From: Bacilli bacterium
Lineage (GTDB): Bacteria; Bacillota_I; Bacilli_A; RF39; UBA660
Assembly (NCBI GenBank): GCA_017964405.1
Contig: JAGCSA010000034.1
Coordinates: forward strand, 1 to 61,929
Reading direction: 5' to 3'
Length of the DNA: 61,929 bases
Made by a program: the position numbers and the translations under genes. Below are positions 18,551 through 27,888 of this stretch, in pieces (the stretch's first letter is position 1; every line of letters starts with the position of its first letter). Below the pieces are notes generated by a model that made no database searches, had not been told where the DNA came from, and was given only the letters and a program-made list of their open reading frames with translations.

Positions 18551-18997
18551 TTATTTTTGATATTCTTGTTGGAAAGAATCTCTTACCTGCATTAAAATCT
18601 TTCCCATATGATTTTCTCCATCAAGATTAGAACCGACTCCCCAATAAGATTCTTTCGTAGTCATCTCCCGAATTTCTTCTTTTCCGGTAGAAAGTAATTT
18701 CTCTAATATATCTGGATTCTGACGAAACTTTTCATAGACTCCTTGATACATCTTCTCAAGTTTTACATTTCGAAAATCAGGAATTCTTTTGAAACTTCTA
18801 TCTCTTCCAATTTGAGAAGCTTCTTTGGGAGTATCACAATCTAAGATTCTTTGAATAATTACCGGATCATCAAACTTACTAGCTTGGTAGAAATGTTCAG
18901 CCGTCTTATAGTAAACACCATCTACCGTAAATCCATGATTCGAATAATTCGCTAAATAACCAAGATCTCCAAACTCTTTATAAAAATCAATTGACAT
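18551..18997 (-). CDS. NADAR (YbiA/DUF1768) family protein
   Basis: LANYSNHGFTVDGVYYKTAEHFYQASKF and ESYWGVG are typical NADAR motifs. The ATG overlaps the stop of the radical SAM gene (TAATG). Confidence 0.8.
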   Translation of the reverse strand: MSIDFYKEFGDLGYLANYSNHGFTVDGVYYKTAEHFYQASKFDDPVIIQRILDCDTPKEASQIGRDRSFKRIPDFRNVKLEKMYQGVYEKFRQNPDILEKLLSTGKEEIREMTTKESYWGVGSNLDGENHMGKILMQVRDSFQQEYQK

Positions 18998-20622
18998 TAT
19001 TCCACTTCTCCTGGAAATAAATATTTGGTATTCTCATCAATTTGAATATTAAAGTTAGGAATTTCCACTCTTCTTTTGAACGATACTTGTCCTTCTACGG
19101 AAGCCGTATTAAATAAGTCTAATTGTTCTATCAATAGATTGTGATGAAAATCACAAGCAAGTAACCAAGCTGTATTTTCTTGTTTCATCGTAGAACAATG
19201 TCTTCCATAATTTCTTTCATGAGTAGGAGTTAATGGTTCATTCACAAACTTCGTAAGTCCTTTGAATAAGCTAATTGCTCTACCTAAGTTACAAATCATA
19301 CCCGTATCAATCGTAAAGTTCTTATCAAAGAACACATCAGAAGAATAACCAGCTTCTTGTAATGCTTTGATATAAGCTTCAATCAAAGGAACAACATGTT
19401 CTAAAATATAAACACTTTTTTCTTTTTTACCAATTTCTTGGTAATACTTAGAATATTCCTTTAAGATATTCACTACCTCATAGCAATCATCAAAACTACT
19501 TTGATGTACTAAATCTCTTAAAGAAAGTCCTCTTCTCTTCTTAAAATTATAGAGAGCATTTAAGAAGAATCTTTCCGTTACAATATAACCAGATTTGGTA
19601 CGAACATCCGTAGTAGGATAAATATGCATACCAAAATTACCTTCTCTTGTTAATCTAGGATCAATGGAATAATAAATACCATCTTTATTCTTAAATAAGT
19701 ATACTTCTACTTCTCTTTCAGAATTCTGTTTTTGACTGAAAAAATCTTCTATTTGTTTTTCATTTTCTACCATAAAAGGTAAATTATATTCTAAAAATTT
19801 TTCTCCATCATTCGTAAAAGATAAAGAATGATTATAAGGATCATCAATGAATGTCTCTTCTAAAGTAATATTTTCATTTTGGGATACAAATAAGTAATTG
19901 GAAACGGCTAAAACAAAATGACCATCATAATCCATTTGAATCACTTTTGCATTCTCTACTAACGGATTAAAACGTAATTCACAACACATTCTTCTACTAC
20001 CAGCACCAAATTTTTCAAAATAAATTTTATAAATGGATAAGAAGTTCGCAATATCCTTACAATATTCCTCTAAAGAACTTCTTCCATCTTTCTCTTCCCA
20101 TACACGTCCGTATTGACTAACAGAAAGACGAACTCCTCCTAATGCACAAATTAAACCCTCTCGACAGATTCGTTTGTGCATTTCATTTAATTCGTGATTG
20201 TGTCTAGAAAAACCAACCGTAGAAATACGAGTTCTAGCACCTAATTCACGATAACAAAGACTAATATATTGATCTAAGTAAGGATAAGCTGCAATATCAT
20301 TATTTAAATAAGGAAAGATAACACCAATACGATGTTCTCTTCTATCCCATGCCAAAAGTAAATCATCGTTCGTATAATTTTTCGCCGTATATTTTAACGC
20401 ACATATAACATTTCTTAGGGAAGACTCTCCCCAATATTCACTCTTACAAACAGAAAACTTACTACAAAAACTACAGTTATTAAAACATCCAACCTGTGGT
20501 TGTAAGTGTCTCATTTTCGAAACAAAGTTTTCTGGTAAATCCATAAATTCTGCATATAATTGTTTACGAATTGCTAAATCTTCTTCCGAAATTTCCTTCT
20601 CATCGTTTAATAAGAATTCCAT
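18997..20622 (-). CDS. radical SAM protein, unclassified (541 aa)
   Basis: Single CX3CX2C cluster motif in GCFNNCSFCS near aa 46-53. The ATG lies 2 nt after the lysR stop, preceded by AGAGGA. The long C-terminal region could not be placed. Confidence 0.7.
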   Translation of the reverse strand: MEFLLNDEKEISEEDLAIRKQLYAEFMDLPENFVSKMRHLQPQVGCFNNCSFCSKFSVCKSEYWGESSLRNVICALKYTAKNYTNDDLLLAWDRREHRIGVIFPYLNNDIAAYPYLDQYISLCYRELGARTRISTVGFSRHNHELNEMHKRICREGLICALGGVRLSVSQYGRVWEEKDGRSSLEEYCKDIANFLSIYKIYFEKFGAGSRRMCCELRFNPLVENAKVIQMDYDGHFVLAVSNYLFVSQNENITLEETFIDDPYNHSLSFTNDGEKFLEYNLPFMVENEKQIEDFFSQKQNSEREVEVYLFKNKDGIYYSIDPRLTREGNFGMHIYPTTDVRTKSGYIVTERFFLNALYNFKKRRGLSLRDLVHQSSFDDCYEVVNILKEYSKYYQEIGKKEKSVYILEHVVPLIEAYIKALQEAGYSSDVFFDKNFTIDTGMICNLGRAISLFKGLTKFVNEPLTPTHERNYGRHCSTMKQENTAWLLACDFHHNLLIEQLDLFNTASVEGQVSFKRRVEIPNFNIQIDENTKYLFPGEVE

Positions 20623-20624
20623 TC

Positions 20625-21518
20625 TTATTCCTCTGATGTATGATTCGTTAATAATTCGATGAATTTGTGAGTAGCCGTTGTTAAGAAATCTTCAATATAG
20701 ACACAGCAAACATCAACAGCAGGTAATTCATCTTCAAATGTAATCACCTCAAACTGATCTTGATCACTTTGTGTATCAATCACATTCTTAACAAAGTATC
20801 CAATACCAACACCTTCACGAACCATCTCCAACATAATTTCCGTTGTCCATGATTCTAATACCGGTACTAACTTGGTATTATGACTCTCCATATATTCATC
20901 TAATTTTAAACGGATAGAAGACGTAGCACTAGGAAGAACTAATGGATAATTCTTTAAATCTTCCACTTTCTTAACAGAAACATCTCCCATAGCTTTCTTA
21001 TTATATGCAAAACAGTTTTGTAATTTAGCAAGTGTTACCTTTTTAACATCTTTCTTACTGTTGATTGGTAACGTATCAACAATTAAATCTAACTTTCTCG
21101 TTTCCAACATCTCTACCATATCAGAAGTCGATTTACAAACAATCTCAAATCGAATTCCTGGATAGATCTTACGAAAATCAGAAATGAAATTAGATAAGTA
21201 GAATACTCCAATGTGCGATGGAGTTCCAATTCGAATACAACCAATATTCAAACTATTTAAATTTTTTATATGTTCTTCTGCATCATGTAAGATATTAAAA
21301 GCCGTAGAAATATAAGAGTATAATTCTTTTGCTTCCAACGTAGGTTCAATTCCCTTACTATTACGATAGAATAATGTATACCCTAATTGATTCTCTAACT
21401 CTTTTAAACTATAACTGATAGCAGGTTGAGAAACATATAATTTAGCAGCGGTTTTTGATATACTTTTTTCTTCAAATAAGTATAAGAAAATCCTATATAA
21501 ATTATAATCCGTATTCAT
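20625..21518 (-). CDS. LysR-family transcriptional regulator
   Basis: N-terminal wHTH (SISKTAAKLYVSQPAISYSLKELENQLGYTLFYR) plus a roughly 200-aa substrate-binding domain. RBS AAGGGGGA. Confidence 0.9.
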   Translation of the reverse strand: MNTDYNLYRIFLYLFEEKSISKTAAKLYVSQPAISYSLKELENQLGYTLFYRNSKGIEPTLEAKELYSYISTAFNILHDAEEHIKNLNSLNIGCIRIGTPSHIGVFYLSNFISDFRKIYPGIRFEIVCKSTSDMVEMLETRKLDLIVDTLPINSKKDVKKVTLAKLQNCFAYNKKAMGDVSVKKVEDLKNYPLVLPSATSSIRLKLDEYMESHNTKLVPVLESWTTEIMLEMVREGVGIGYFVKNVIDTQSDQDQFEVITFEDELPAVDVCCVYIEDFLTTATHKFIELLTNHTSEE

Positions 21519-21538
21519 ATGATCCCCCTTGGGGACAT

Positions 21539-21567
21539 ATTATAGGTTATCTTTATAAAAAAGTCAA
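21539..21567 (-). promoter_or_regulatory. sigma-A promoter of the lysR operon
   Basis: Minus strand reads TTGACT (21567-21562), 17 nt, TATAAT (21544-21539), about 20 nt upstream of the lysR ATG. Confidence 0.65.
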
Positions 21568-21629
21568 TTGTTATAATCATATTTTATAAAAGAAAAAAGG
21601 CACATTTTTGACACAATCACTTTCAAGAA

Positions 21630-21658
21630 TGGACTTTTTTCTAAATATATGATATAAT
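21630..21658 (+). promoter_or_regulatory. sigma-A promoter of gshF (extended -10)
   Basis: TGGACT (21630-21635), 17 nt, TATAAT (21653-21658), with TG at 21650-21651. Back-to-back with the lysR promoter. Confidence 0.55.
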
Positions 21659-21697
21659 ATATGCGATATTGTGAAAAAAGAGAGGAATTAAATTGAA

Positions 21698-23884
21698 ATG
21701 ATATCGAACAGCTATAAAGTTGGGATTGAACGTGAAGGTTTGAGAACTAACGAATCAGGCGAGTTATCAGACCGTCCACACCTGAAGGTTTTTGGTAACA
21801 GAAACACCAATGCTTTCGTTACAACAGACTTCGGTGCTGCCCAACTAGAGTTAAGAACAACACCATGTCCAACAACAAAAGAATGTTATGAAAAGTTACT
21901 AAATGTAACAAATGTAGTTCTAGAAGAATTACGGAAAGAAGGAGAATATCTATGGCCTTATAGTATGCCTTGCATCTTGCCAGATATTGAGAACTTCAAT
22001 TTCGGGGAATACGGTGACAATGTAAAAGAACATGAATATGAAATGTATCTATATAAAAAATATGGATACGAAATGTACTGTATGTCTGGAGTTCATTTGA
22101 ATTTTTCAATTAATGAGAAGTACTATAAGGAATTAAGAAAATTAAATCAAGAATTACCAGAAAAGTTAGAAGATGGTTACTTTAAAATAATCAGAAACTA
22201 TCTAAAAAGACTTTGGATGTTAATAGCACTTTTTGGGGCAACACCTAAACAGTATAAAAAAGACTATGAAGCAAATTGTTCTATTCGTAATAGTAATAAA
22301 CAAGGATTTAAAAATATTCATCTAGCAGAAGTAAACTATGATAATAAAGAAAAACATATTGCGAGTCTAAGAAAGAATATTAAAGAGGGAAATATTATAT
22401 CGATATCAGAATTATATACCCCTATCCGTATTAAGGGTAAATGGAAATATGATGTAGATGATTTAGCAAATAACCCTATTAGTCATATTGAGGTCAGAGT
22501 ACTAGATTTAAACCCATTTGATAAGACATCTGTCACATTAGAAGAAATTGATTTTATCGTAGCTTTCTTATTCCATTGTTTACTATCTAAAGAAGATGAA
22601 AACTACCCTACTTTTGATTACAGACAAGTAGCAGAAGAAGGAATGACAGAAGAACAAAAATCGTTATTAAACAAAGAAATAAGAGAAATACTAAAAACAA
22701 ATAAAATCTATGAATTAGGATTTGAAAAAAGTCTAAAGAAGATTCAAAGTGATTGTAAACAAGGAATTACTCTATCTTCTAAAGTAACACAATTAGTAGA
22801 AGAAAAAGGTTATATTAAAGCCTTAATGGATTTAGCAAAACAATATAATGAAGAAGCACATGATGCGAAATATTCTGTTATTAATTTAGGAAAGAAAATT
22901 TATGATGCACCAGCTGCTTTAGTAAGAGATGCGATTCTAAGAGGAGTAGACTACAGAGTCATGGATCATAGAGAAAATAATTCCATTATTGAATTTATGA
23001 AACATGGAAAACATGAATTTATTGTAGGAGCTACGCAAACAAGAAAAGATAATTATATTGTTCATTATCTAACAAATGATAAATTTACATCCAAAGAAAT
23101 TCTACAACAACATCGTCTAAGAGTTCCAAGAGGTATTATGATTAATAATCGTTTATCAGAAGAACAATTAGAAGATTTATATGAAAACTATGAAGAAAAA
23201 GCAATTGTTATCAAACCAAGAACCACAAATGGTGGTGTAGGAATCACCGTATTCACAACACCTCCAACTAAAGGACAATTTATAAGAGCGGTTAATTATG
23301 CATTTGAATTTGACCAAGATGTTCTAATCGAACAATATATCAAAGGAGAAGAATATCGTTTCTTAGTCGTGGGTGGTAAATGTATTAGTGTCATTAATCG
23401 AAGAAGTGCCCAAGTAATTGGGAACGGAAAATCAACAATTGAAAAACTAATAGAAGAAAAGAATAAAGAAGAATGGCACGTATTATTAGATACAAAAATC
23501 AGAATGGATTCACCATTACGTGTATTCTTAACAAAATCTGGTAGAACCTTAGAAGACATTCCCAAAAAAGGAGAAATTGTCAAACTAAGAAAGAATTCAA
23601 ACTGTTCTACAGGAGGAGAAAGTATTTCTCTAACGGATAAAATACCAGATCGTTTTAAAAGAATTGCAGAAAAAGCTGCAAAAGCATTTGAATCCTATGT
23701 CTGTGGAGTCGATATTATTATTGATGATCTAGAAGGTGAAGAATATGCCATTCTAGAGACAAACGCAGATCCAGGATATGATATTAATCAATGGCCATAT
23801 GAAGGACCGGATGCTCATATCGGTATCGAAATCTTAAAAATGCTTGGTTTAATTACTGAGGAGGATGAGATGTATGAGGAATAA
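21698..23884 (+). CDS. gshAB: bifunctional glutamate-cysteine ligase / glutathione synthetase
   Basis: 728 aa. N-terminal GshA-type motifs (VGIEREGLR, TTDFGAAQLELRT) are fused to a C-terminal ATP-grasp domain (IKPRTTNGGVGITVF, EYRFLVVGGK, NCSTGGES, ETNADPG), as in GshF of Listeria and Streptococcus. Confidence 0.9.
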   Translation: MISNSYKVGIEREGLRTNESGELSDRPHLKVFGNRNTNAFVTTDFGAAQLELRTTPCPTTKECYEKLLNVTNVVLEELRKEGEYLWPYSMPCILPDIENFNFGEYGDNVKEHEYEMYLYKKYGYEMYCMSGVHLNFSINEKYYKELRKLNQELPEKLEDGYFKIIRNYLKRLWMLIALFGATPKQYKKDYEANCSIRNSNKQGFKNIHLAEVNYDNKEKHIASLRKNIKEGNIISISELYTPIRIKGKWKYDVDDLANNPISHIEVRVLDLNPFDKTSVTLEEIDFIVAFLFHCLLSKEDENYPTFDYRQVAEEGMTEEQKSLLNKEIREILKTNKIYELGFEKSLKKIQSDCKQGITLSSKVTQLVEEKGYIKALMDLAKQYNEEAHDAKYSVINLGKKIYDAPAALVRDAILRGVDYRVMDHRENNSIIEFMKHGKHEFIVGATQTRKDNYIVHYLTNDKFTSKEILQQHRLRVPRGIMINNRLSEEQLEDLYENYEEKAIVIKPRTTNGGVGITVFTTPPTKGQFIRAVNYAFEFDQDVLIEQYIKGEEYRFLVVGGKCISVINRRSAQVIGNGKSTIEKLIEEKNKEEWHVLLDTKIRMDSPLRVFLTKSGRTLEDIPKKGEIVKLRKNSNCSTGGESISLTDKIPDRFKRIAEKAAKAFESYVCGVDIIIDDLEGEEYAILETNADPGYDINQWPYEGPDAHIGIEILKMLGLITEEDEMYEE

Positions 23885-24890
23885 TAGTACCGCAGGATTC
23901 TTAGAAAAATGTGTACTAGATGGATATCCCGCATTAGAGCCATCTACCGTATGTGTCATTAAAGCAGCAATGAAACATAACTTAAAAGTAGAAATCTTAG
24001 ATGAAGCAAGAAGCTTTATTAAAGTCTATAATGATGAACAAACAGAATATATTAAAGAAGCAACCAAGACCAGTAAAGATGTATCTACCTTCCCTTTTGT
24101 TACCGATAACAAAGAGATTGTAAAAGACATCTTAAGAGAAAATAATATTAATACTCCTAATGGTATTATCATTCAAAAAGGTCATACCAAAAGAGATTTA
24201 GATTATTTAATCGCACCATTCGTTGGAAAAAGTGTCGTGGTAAAACCAAACACAACCAATCGTGGTGTAGGAATCACTGTATTTGAAAATCCAGTTACAC
24301 AAAAAGATCTACAAGCAGCCGTTAAAAATGCTTTCAGACATGATTCTCAAGTAATAATTGAAGAATTTAAAAAAGGATTAGAATATCGTTTCCTAGTAAT
24401 TGGAGATGAATGTGTCTGTGTCATTCATAGACGTGCCGCATCTGTTGTAGGAGATGGAAAAACAAATATTAATGATTTAATTACCTTAAAGAATCAAGAA
24501 CCATGGCATGGTCTATCTGGAAGATTAATTGTAATCGATGATTCTTTAAAACAAATCTTAAAGAGACAACACTATTCTCTAAGATCTGTTCCTGAAAAAG
24601 GAAAAAGAGTTTATCTAAGAGATAATTCAAATTGTTCTACTGGAGGAGAAAGTATTGATTTAACCGATCAAGTACCAGATGAATTTAAAAGAATTGCTGT
24701 AAAAGCTGCTAAACTATTCAATGCAAAGATCTGTGGAGTCGATATCTTAATAGAAAACTTTAATAAGTTTGATTACTCCATCGTAGAATTAAATGATAAT
24801 CCAGGTATTGGTATCTGTGAATGTCCTTATGAAGGAAAAGGAAGACCAATCGGAGATTACATTCTAAGATTATTAGAATTTATTGAATAA
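23874..24890 (+). CDS. stand-alone ATP-grasp ligase, paralogue of the GshF C-terminal half
   Basis: Aligns by eye with GshF residues about 500-720 (VKPNTTNRGVGITVF, EYRFLVIGDE, VVGDGKTNINDLI, NCSTGGESIDLTD, GVDILIE, ELNDNPG). The ATG at 23874 is 9 nt after GGAGG and overlaps the gshF 3' end. Confidence 0.8.
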   Translation: MRNNSTAGFLEKCVLDGYPALEPSTVCVIKAAMKHNLKVEILDEARSFIKVYNDEQTEYIKEATKTSKDVSTFPFVTDNKEIVKDILRENNINTPNGIIIQKGHTKRDLDYLIAPFVGKSVVVKPNTTNRGVGITVFENPVTQKDLQAAVKNAFRHDSQVIIEEFKKGLEYRFLVIGDECVCVIHRRAASVVGDGKTNINDLITLKNQEPWHGLSGRLIVIDDSLKQILKRQHYSLRSVPEKGKRVYLRDNSNCSTGGESIDLTDQVPDEFKRIAVKAAKLFNAKICGVDILIENFNKFDYSIVELNDNPGIGICECPYEGKGRPIGDYILRLLEFIE

Positions 24891-24921
24891 AAGAAAGAAC
24901 CAATCATTGATTGGTTCTTTT
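24891..24921. terminator. bidirectional terminator between convergent genes
   Basis: 10-bp stem AGAACCAATC (24896-24905) / GATTGGTTCT (24909-24918), loop ATT, flanked by A/T runs. Confidence 0.75.
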
Positions 24922-27052
24922 AGTCTGATTCAATTGTATAAGGATTTTCCATACTTCCATCTCCATCAGTATAAACAATTCCAGGCTTTATGGAAATAGC
25001 AGGCCGAACTCCATTATCAAAAGAAACAGTAAAAGATTCGAAAACCCCATCAGATTTTATAAAATAACTATATGCGTCGCCAGAGTTATAAGTACTAGCC
25101 GCAAAAATCCAATAATTTTTACCTGTTTTACGAACATGATAATCACCTAGCAGTCTCATCTCTGAACCAGTCATCAGTCCGACTTTATGCGTTAACTTAG
25201 CACTATTATTAGAAACACTAAATTGATCAGTAACATTGGTACATTCTAAACTGTTTCCAATATCATGGTTTGAAAAATATAAATTATTTAATCCTCCACC
25301 ATTAGGATCCATTCCATTTAATGCTTGTATACTTCTATCATTGCAAAATATAGTGTCTTCTAGATATTCATCGTAATCTAATAAAAAGTGTGCATACCAT
25401 GCATCTATTCCCGTTTTAATCATAGAATTCTTACTATTAACATTACTATCAAATAACATTTCATTGAGAGCAGTCTCAATATTTTTTCCATTTTGTAAAT
25501 TAATATAGATTTGGTCTTCTCCAGCCGAGATTATATTACCATGTGAATCACCAGTAGTCCATGATAATATTTGAAAAACGTAGGAAATAGTTGTACATTC
25601 ACCTGTACTATTAAAGCATGTATAATGTGCATGCTTGAGCAAATCTTGATTGGTACTATCATGTAAATTCCAAAAACTTACAGAAGTATCATCATCCAAT
25701 ATATATTTGCTTCCATCCCATGTAAAACTGTTGGAATACTTATATAAATTAGTCACTCTAAGATAATTCATTCGATATGATACAGCTGATATTTCATACC
25801 ACAAATCACTACAAGTATTGTTTACAGCATTTTTACATACATATTTATTATCCCCCATGTTTTCAAGTTCATTGTACCAATCTATTGTACTGATAGTTGC
25901 CGGATTATTAATTGTATAAGTTCCATTTCCGTTGTCCGTATAACTGTCACCATACGTATAAGTGTTATTATAATAACTCAAATCGTGAGTGGAATTAGTT
26001 TCGTTTCTTAGAAGAATATAATACATAGTGGATCCAGAGACCCCCACGATATAATAAGCATATGAATTTACAGCATTCTGATCATTCCTGATTAAAGTAT
26101 ATTTCCCTACTAAATTGGAATAATCATCAGTCGAAGTTATTTGATATGGGTTCACTAAACTATATACCCTAGTTGATGAATTCCAAGAAATATCATCAGC
26201 ATACCAATAATTAGTACTAATGCTTCTATAGTCAAGAACAGGTTCTTCCAAGCGCTTCTTGGTAACAGTTGGATATACTGTATTATACATATAACCGACA
26301 TAGGAAATGGAATCATTAGTAGGATTAAAATCTAATTCTCCAAATTGAGAATAATGAGAATTCTGTTCTATTGGTATTACATAGCCACTACTAGAATCGC
26401 TATAAGATTCAATTAAATAGATTGTTGAGCAAGTCCCACTAACATCAGTCGATTTACAAGTATATTTTCCAATTAATCCTGGTCCAGTAGTAGAATCCCA
26501 CCTAACTTGTTCTGTTTGACCACTAACTCTAAATAATTGTAACGAACTATCATAAATATAATCCGTTCCATACCAATAATTAGAAGAAAGAGATTGCCTA
26601 GTCTGTGAAAGATATCCAATATGAGTGCCTCTGGTATCAAGACATTTTCCATCTTCTACTTCACCATTATAAATCATTTTAACTCCACCAGTATCAGTGG
26701 TTCGAATCATCTGCCAACAATGATTTGCAAAAATAACATTGTTTTTATTTAAGACCTGTGTCGCTTGAGTTTGAGTTGCAGCATACCAATGATATATTTT
26801 TTTATTTCCTGTTTGTGTAAAAGAATCTTTATGAGATCCTGTATATTCTATAACAATAGAACCTTTACGGAATTCTTTTTCAAATACTCCATACAAAGTA
26901 TGATCATATTTTTCTACACCAATACTTCCATCAATATCGAGATGAGTACTAAAAACAGAGTACCCTACTCCCATTGTTAATAAAAGAAAGAGAGTAAGTC
27001 CTATGATGATGGTCTTATGAGAATACTTTTTATACCGATTCTTTTTCATCAT
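24920..27052 (-). CDS. large Ser/Thr/Asn/Tyr-rich surface protein with family-type signal anchor and DUF6273-like C-terminus (710 aa)
   Basis: Start set at MMKKNRYKKY directly after GAGGAGGAAT; the 838-aa track ORF runs into the ABC permease gene. Anchor IIIGLTLFLLLTMGVGYSVFSTHLDIDG carries the family motif. C-terminus has YWIFAAS...GVRPAISIKPG. Own promoter (ATGTTATACT) and the upstream hairpin TAGGTT/AACCTA isolate it. Confidence 0.65.
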   Translation of the reverse strand: MMKKNRYKKYSHKTIIIGLTLFLLLTMGVGYSVFSTHLDIDGSIGVEKYDHTLYGVFEKEFRKGSIVIEYTGSHKDSFTQTGNKKIYHWYAATQTQATQVLNKNNVIFANHCWQMIRTTDTGGVKMIYNGEVEDGKCLDTRGTHIGYLSQTRQSLSSNYWYGTDYIYDSSLQLFRVSGQTEQVRWDSTTGPGLIGKYTCKSTDVSGTCSTIYLIESYSDSSSGYVIPIEQNSHYSQFGELDFNPTNDSISYVGYMYNTVYPTVTKKRLEEPVLDYRSISTNYWYADDISWNSSTRVYSLVNPYQITSTDDYSNLVGKYTLIRNDQNAVNSYAYYIVGVSGSTMYYILLRNETNSTHDLSYYNNTYTYGDSYTDNGNGTYTINNPATISTIDWYNELENMGDNKYVCKNAVNNTCSDLWYEISAVSYRMNYLRVTNLYKYSNSFTWDGSKYILDDDTSVSFWNLHDSTNQDLLKHAHYTCFNSTGECTTISYVFQILSWTTGDSHGNIISAGEDQIYINLQNGKNIETALNEMLFDSNVNSKNSMIKTGIDAWYAHFLLDYDEYLEDTIFCNDRSIQALNGMDPNGGGLNNLYFSNHDIGNSLECTNVTDQFSVSNNSAKLTHKVGLMTGSEMRLLGDYHVRKTGKNYWIFAASTYNSGDAYSYFIKSDGVFESFTVSFDNGVRPAISIKPGIVYTDGDGSMENPYTIESD

Positions 27053-27111
27053 ATTCCTCCTCTCTACTATATCAATATTAGTATAACATAAGAGATAAAA
27101 AAAGTATAGGT

Positions 27112-27888
27112 TTAAGAACCTACACTTGCATATCTTTTCATACCCCAATAAAAGATTAAAACACAAGGAATCAAGAATAATATGACTAGTAATGGAGAAA
27201 AGGCATATAAAATCGATTCCTTTCGTCCTAGAAAGAATAATAAGGGATAGTAATTGACAAATGCATACGGAATAATAAAAGTAAAGAACCATACGAATCC
27301 TTTTTGAAAGACTCCAATCGGATACTGTGCCATATGTTTTCCACCATCCGTAAAGACATTCCGAACTTCTAATCCTTGAACAGTAAAGAAACAGTAAGCA
27401 GCAGCTGCCAAAAAGATTCCAAAAAAGATGACACAACTAGAAAATAACATGAGAATTAACGTAATTACTTTCCAGATATTCCATTCCACATGTAAATGTA
27501 CCAAAGCAACAATCATCACAATAATTGCTTGAATGAGTCTTGATGATTTTACAAAATCACTATCACTACATAATACTTGTAGGATGATACTACGAGGTCT
27601 TAGAAGAAGACGATCAAAATCTCCTCGAATAATTAGATTATCGAATCGATCGACTCCTCTTGCGAAGACCTCATTAAAAGAGAAACCAAATTGAATAATA
27701 CTAAAACATAATAATACTTCATATAAAGTAAAACCTTTAATATGATCAAATTTGGTAAATAAAGCAAGAATTATAAAATAATAAGTAAAAAATACTAATA
27801 TTTGGGATAGAAAAGATAAAATGAAATTCACTCGATACTCTAATTCTCCTTTTAGATGCATCGCAAGTGATTCAAAATATATTTTCAT
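27112..27888 (-). CDS. ABC-2 type transporter permease (DUF990-like)
   Basis: Six predicted TM segments. FDRLLLRPRS motif typical of ABC2_membrane_6-type permeases. ATG directly abuts the upstream stop. Confidence 0.7.
   Translation of the reverse strand: MKIYFESLAMHLKGELEYRVNFILSFLSQILVFFTYYFIILALFTKFDHIKGFTLYEVLLCFSIIQFGFSFNEVFARGVDRFDNLIIRGDFDRLLLRPRSIILQVLCSDSDFVKSSRLIQAIIVMIVALVHLHVEWNIWKVITLILMLFSSCVIFFGIFLAAAAYCFFTVQGLEVRNVFTDGGKHMAQYPIGVFQKGFVWFFTFIIPYAFVNYYPLLFFLGRKESILYAFSPLLVILFLIPCVLIFYWGMKRYASVGS

Noticed and set aside
21545-21561. LysR T-N11-A operator within the lysR/gshF divergent region (ATAGGTTATCTTTAT)
   Set aside because: T-N11-A matches occur easily by chance in AT-rich DNA. 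The dyad symmetry here is weak and the site coincides with the promoter spacer, so I do not call it as a feature.
27053-27436. N-terminal 128 codons of track ORF 24920..27436 (838 aa)
   Set aside because: This part overlaps the 3' end of the well-supported ABC-2 permease gene (27112..27888). It has no RBS and encodes Cys/Leu/Phe-rich sequence typical of an out-of-frame read of a membrane protein gene. A strong RBS (GAGGAGGAAT), a promoter and an upstream terminator hairpin support the start at 27052.
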